NCBI RefSeq assembly: GCF_009914755.1
Contig: NC_060929.1
DNA length: 64,000 bases
Strand: one strand, 5' to 3'
Source: the human T2T-CHM13v2.0 reference genome, Homo sapiens
Notes under the pieces: model-generated
The model's input: only the letters and a program-made list of their open reading frames with translations
What the model was told of the DNA's origin: nothing
Database searches by the model: none
Program-made: the position numbers and the translations under genes
Part shown: positions 60,733-64,000 of the stretch, in pieces
Numbering within the stretch: position 1 is the stretch's first letter
How the letters are laid out: every line of letters begins with the position of its first letter

Positions 60733-60887
60733 GCTGAAGATTTGCTTGCAATTGGTTGTCTTTAAACTGAGGGTATATTGTCAAAGTACTGTGCTGAAAA
60801 GTTACCTGTAGTATAGTTATGTGATTCATTAAAATAAAGTTTGTTTCTATTATGTGCAGTTTTAGAGTTTTGCCACACTCTGGTTGA

Positions 60888-61238
<351 letters not shown>

Positions 61239-62166
61239 TAGTATTCTTTTTTGAATATGTAAAACATTAACATAAAGTCAAAACTATTAAAAAAAGGTGT
61301 ACTCAGAAAATTGTCATTCCTCCCCTATACCTTCTGCCTCATTCACACCACACTCTGTAGATAATCGATTTCATTAGTTTGTGGTTTATCCTCACTGTGT
61401 TTCTTTTTGCAAAACGCAAAAACAAAACCTATACATATTTATATTTTCTTATGTCCTCTTCTTTCTTACACAAAAGGTAACACACTATGTAGGTAGTCCT
61501 GGCTTTGAACAGTTTCACTATAAAAATATTTGTTACTACAGCTTAAATAACATAAGTCTCCTAAAAATAATTCAAATTTTAGTTACCATGGTATATTAAC
61601 TTTGAGTAGTTCCATAAAGGACAAACTTGGCTGCTAGCCCTTCAGTCCACAGAGCACTTTGAAAATAACAGATGAGCAAAATAATGTGGCCAATCACATG
61701 ACTTCTTTCAAAGTATGTCAGTGATCAGTCACTGTGTGCCTATAATTTAGTTCATGCACAGACAGCAAAGCATGTAGTTGTGTTGCCTTCCAGTGATAAA
61801 CCCACATAACATTTTAGAAAAATGTATTAAGAATTGGCCAGCAAAGATAAAAGTGCAGCAAAGAAACAAAAGTGATAATGTTTTCAGTGAAATTTGAATT
61901 GAACATAAATGGAGTTATAGAAGAAATAGCTGACCATGGGAATGTTCACACTGCTACTTTCAAGAATCTCTAGAAGGGCAGCTAAAGGAGCTTAGTGAAG
62001 GTGAATTTATTGACATGAATGAGAAAAGTAATTGTGATGAAAAGGATGAAGATGTCCCAGAGAAAGTAATGCCAGCAAAAACTTCACATTAAAGGAACTC
62101 TCAGATATTTCAAAGCATTGAAACCTCCAAGAATAAATAAAATGTTGGAAGTTGATCCAAACTTAG

Positions 62167-62512
<346 letters not shown>

Positions 62513-62565
62513 TGCTTATTCCATATTATATGTTATAGGATGAAAAGAGGCCAAACTAATCTTGA

Positions 62566-62923
<358 letters not shown>

Positions 62924-63127
62924 GTGGGTCTAATGTTTTAAATTACACTGTGTTAAATAAATATTAGTTTGTTGTTTTTTTTTTTAGTTTTTTTATTTCT
63001 CTACAAATTTACAACCAATAAGAGTTTTTAATGCTTTGACAAAAAATGTTAAAGGTCATAGTACAATCGCATTTCTTCCCATTGATTATTAACATCACTT
63101 TACATAGTTTCATCTTGCATTAGCAAT

Positions 63128-64000
<873 letters not shown>

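Overview
Human (primate) genomic DNA from the clustered protocadherin-gamma locus (PCDHG, 5q31). The + strand carries ten tandem 'variable' first exons in alternating A/B order: PCDHGA8, B5, A9, B6, A10, B7, A11, B8P, A12, B9P. Each intact exon is ~2.4 kb, encodes signal peptide + six cadherin repeats + TM + variable cytoplasmic domain, and ends in a phase-0 GT donor (no donor found for B9P). Each is preceded by a conserved promoter element (TGCAG module, then a CGCT box 28-29 bp later; CTCF site). The constant exons and C-type exons lie outside the window; 50.5-64 kb is gene-free and repeat-rich. The overall system (stochastic promoter choice for neuronal self-recognition) is well known, and I see no wholly new system. 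The most notable observation is an in-frame TAG at codon 730 of PCDHGA10 where paralogs have CAG. Others: mosaic gene-conversion tracts, the same CGA>TGA stop in both pseudogenes, CpG-decayed pseudogene promoter elements, a young AluYa5-like insertion near the B6 promoter, two LTRs that look like polyadenylated retrocopies, and a dispersed ~270-bp duplication. Gene names and repeat subfamilies come from recall, not database searches.
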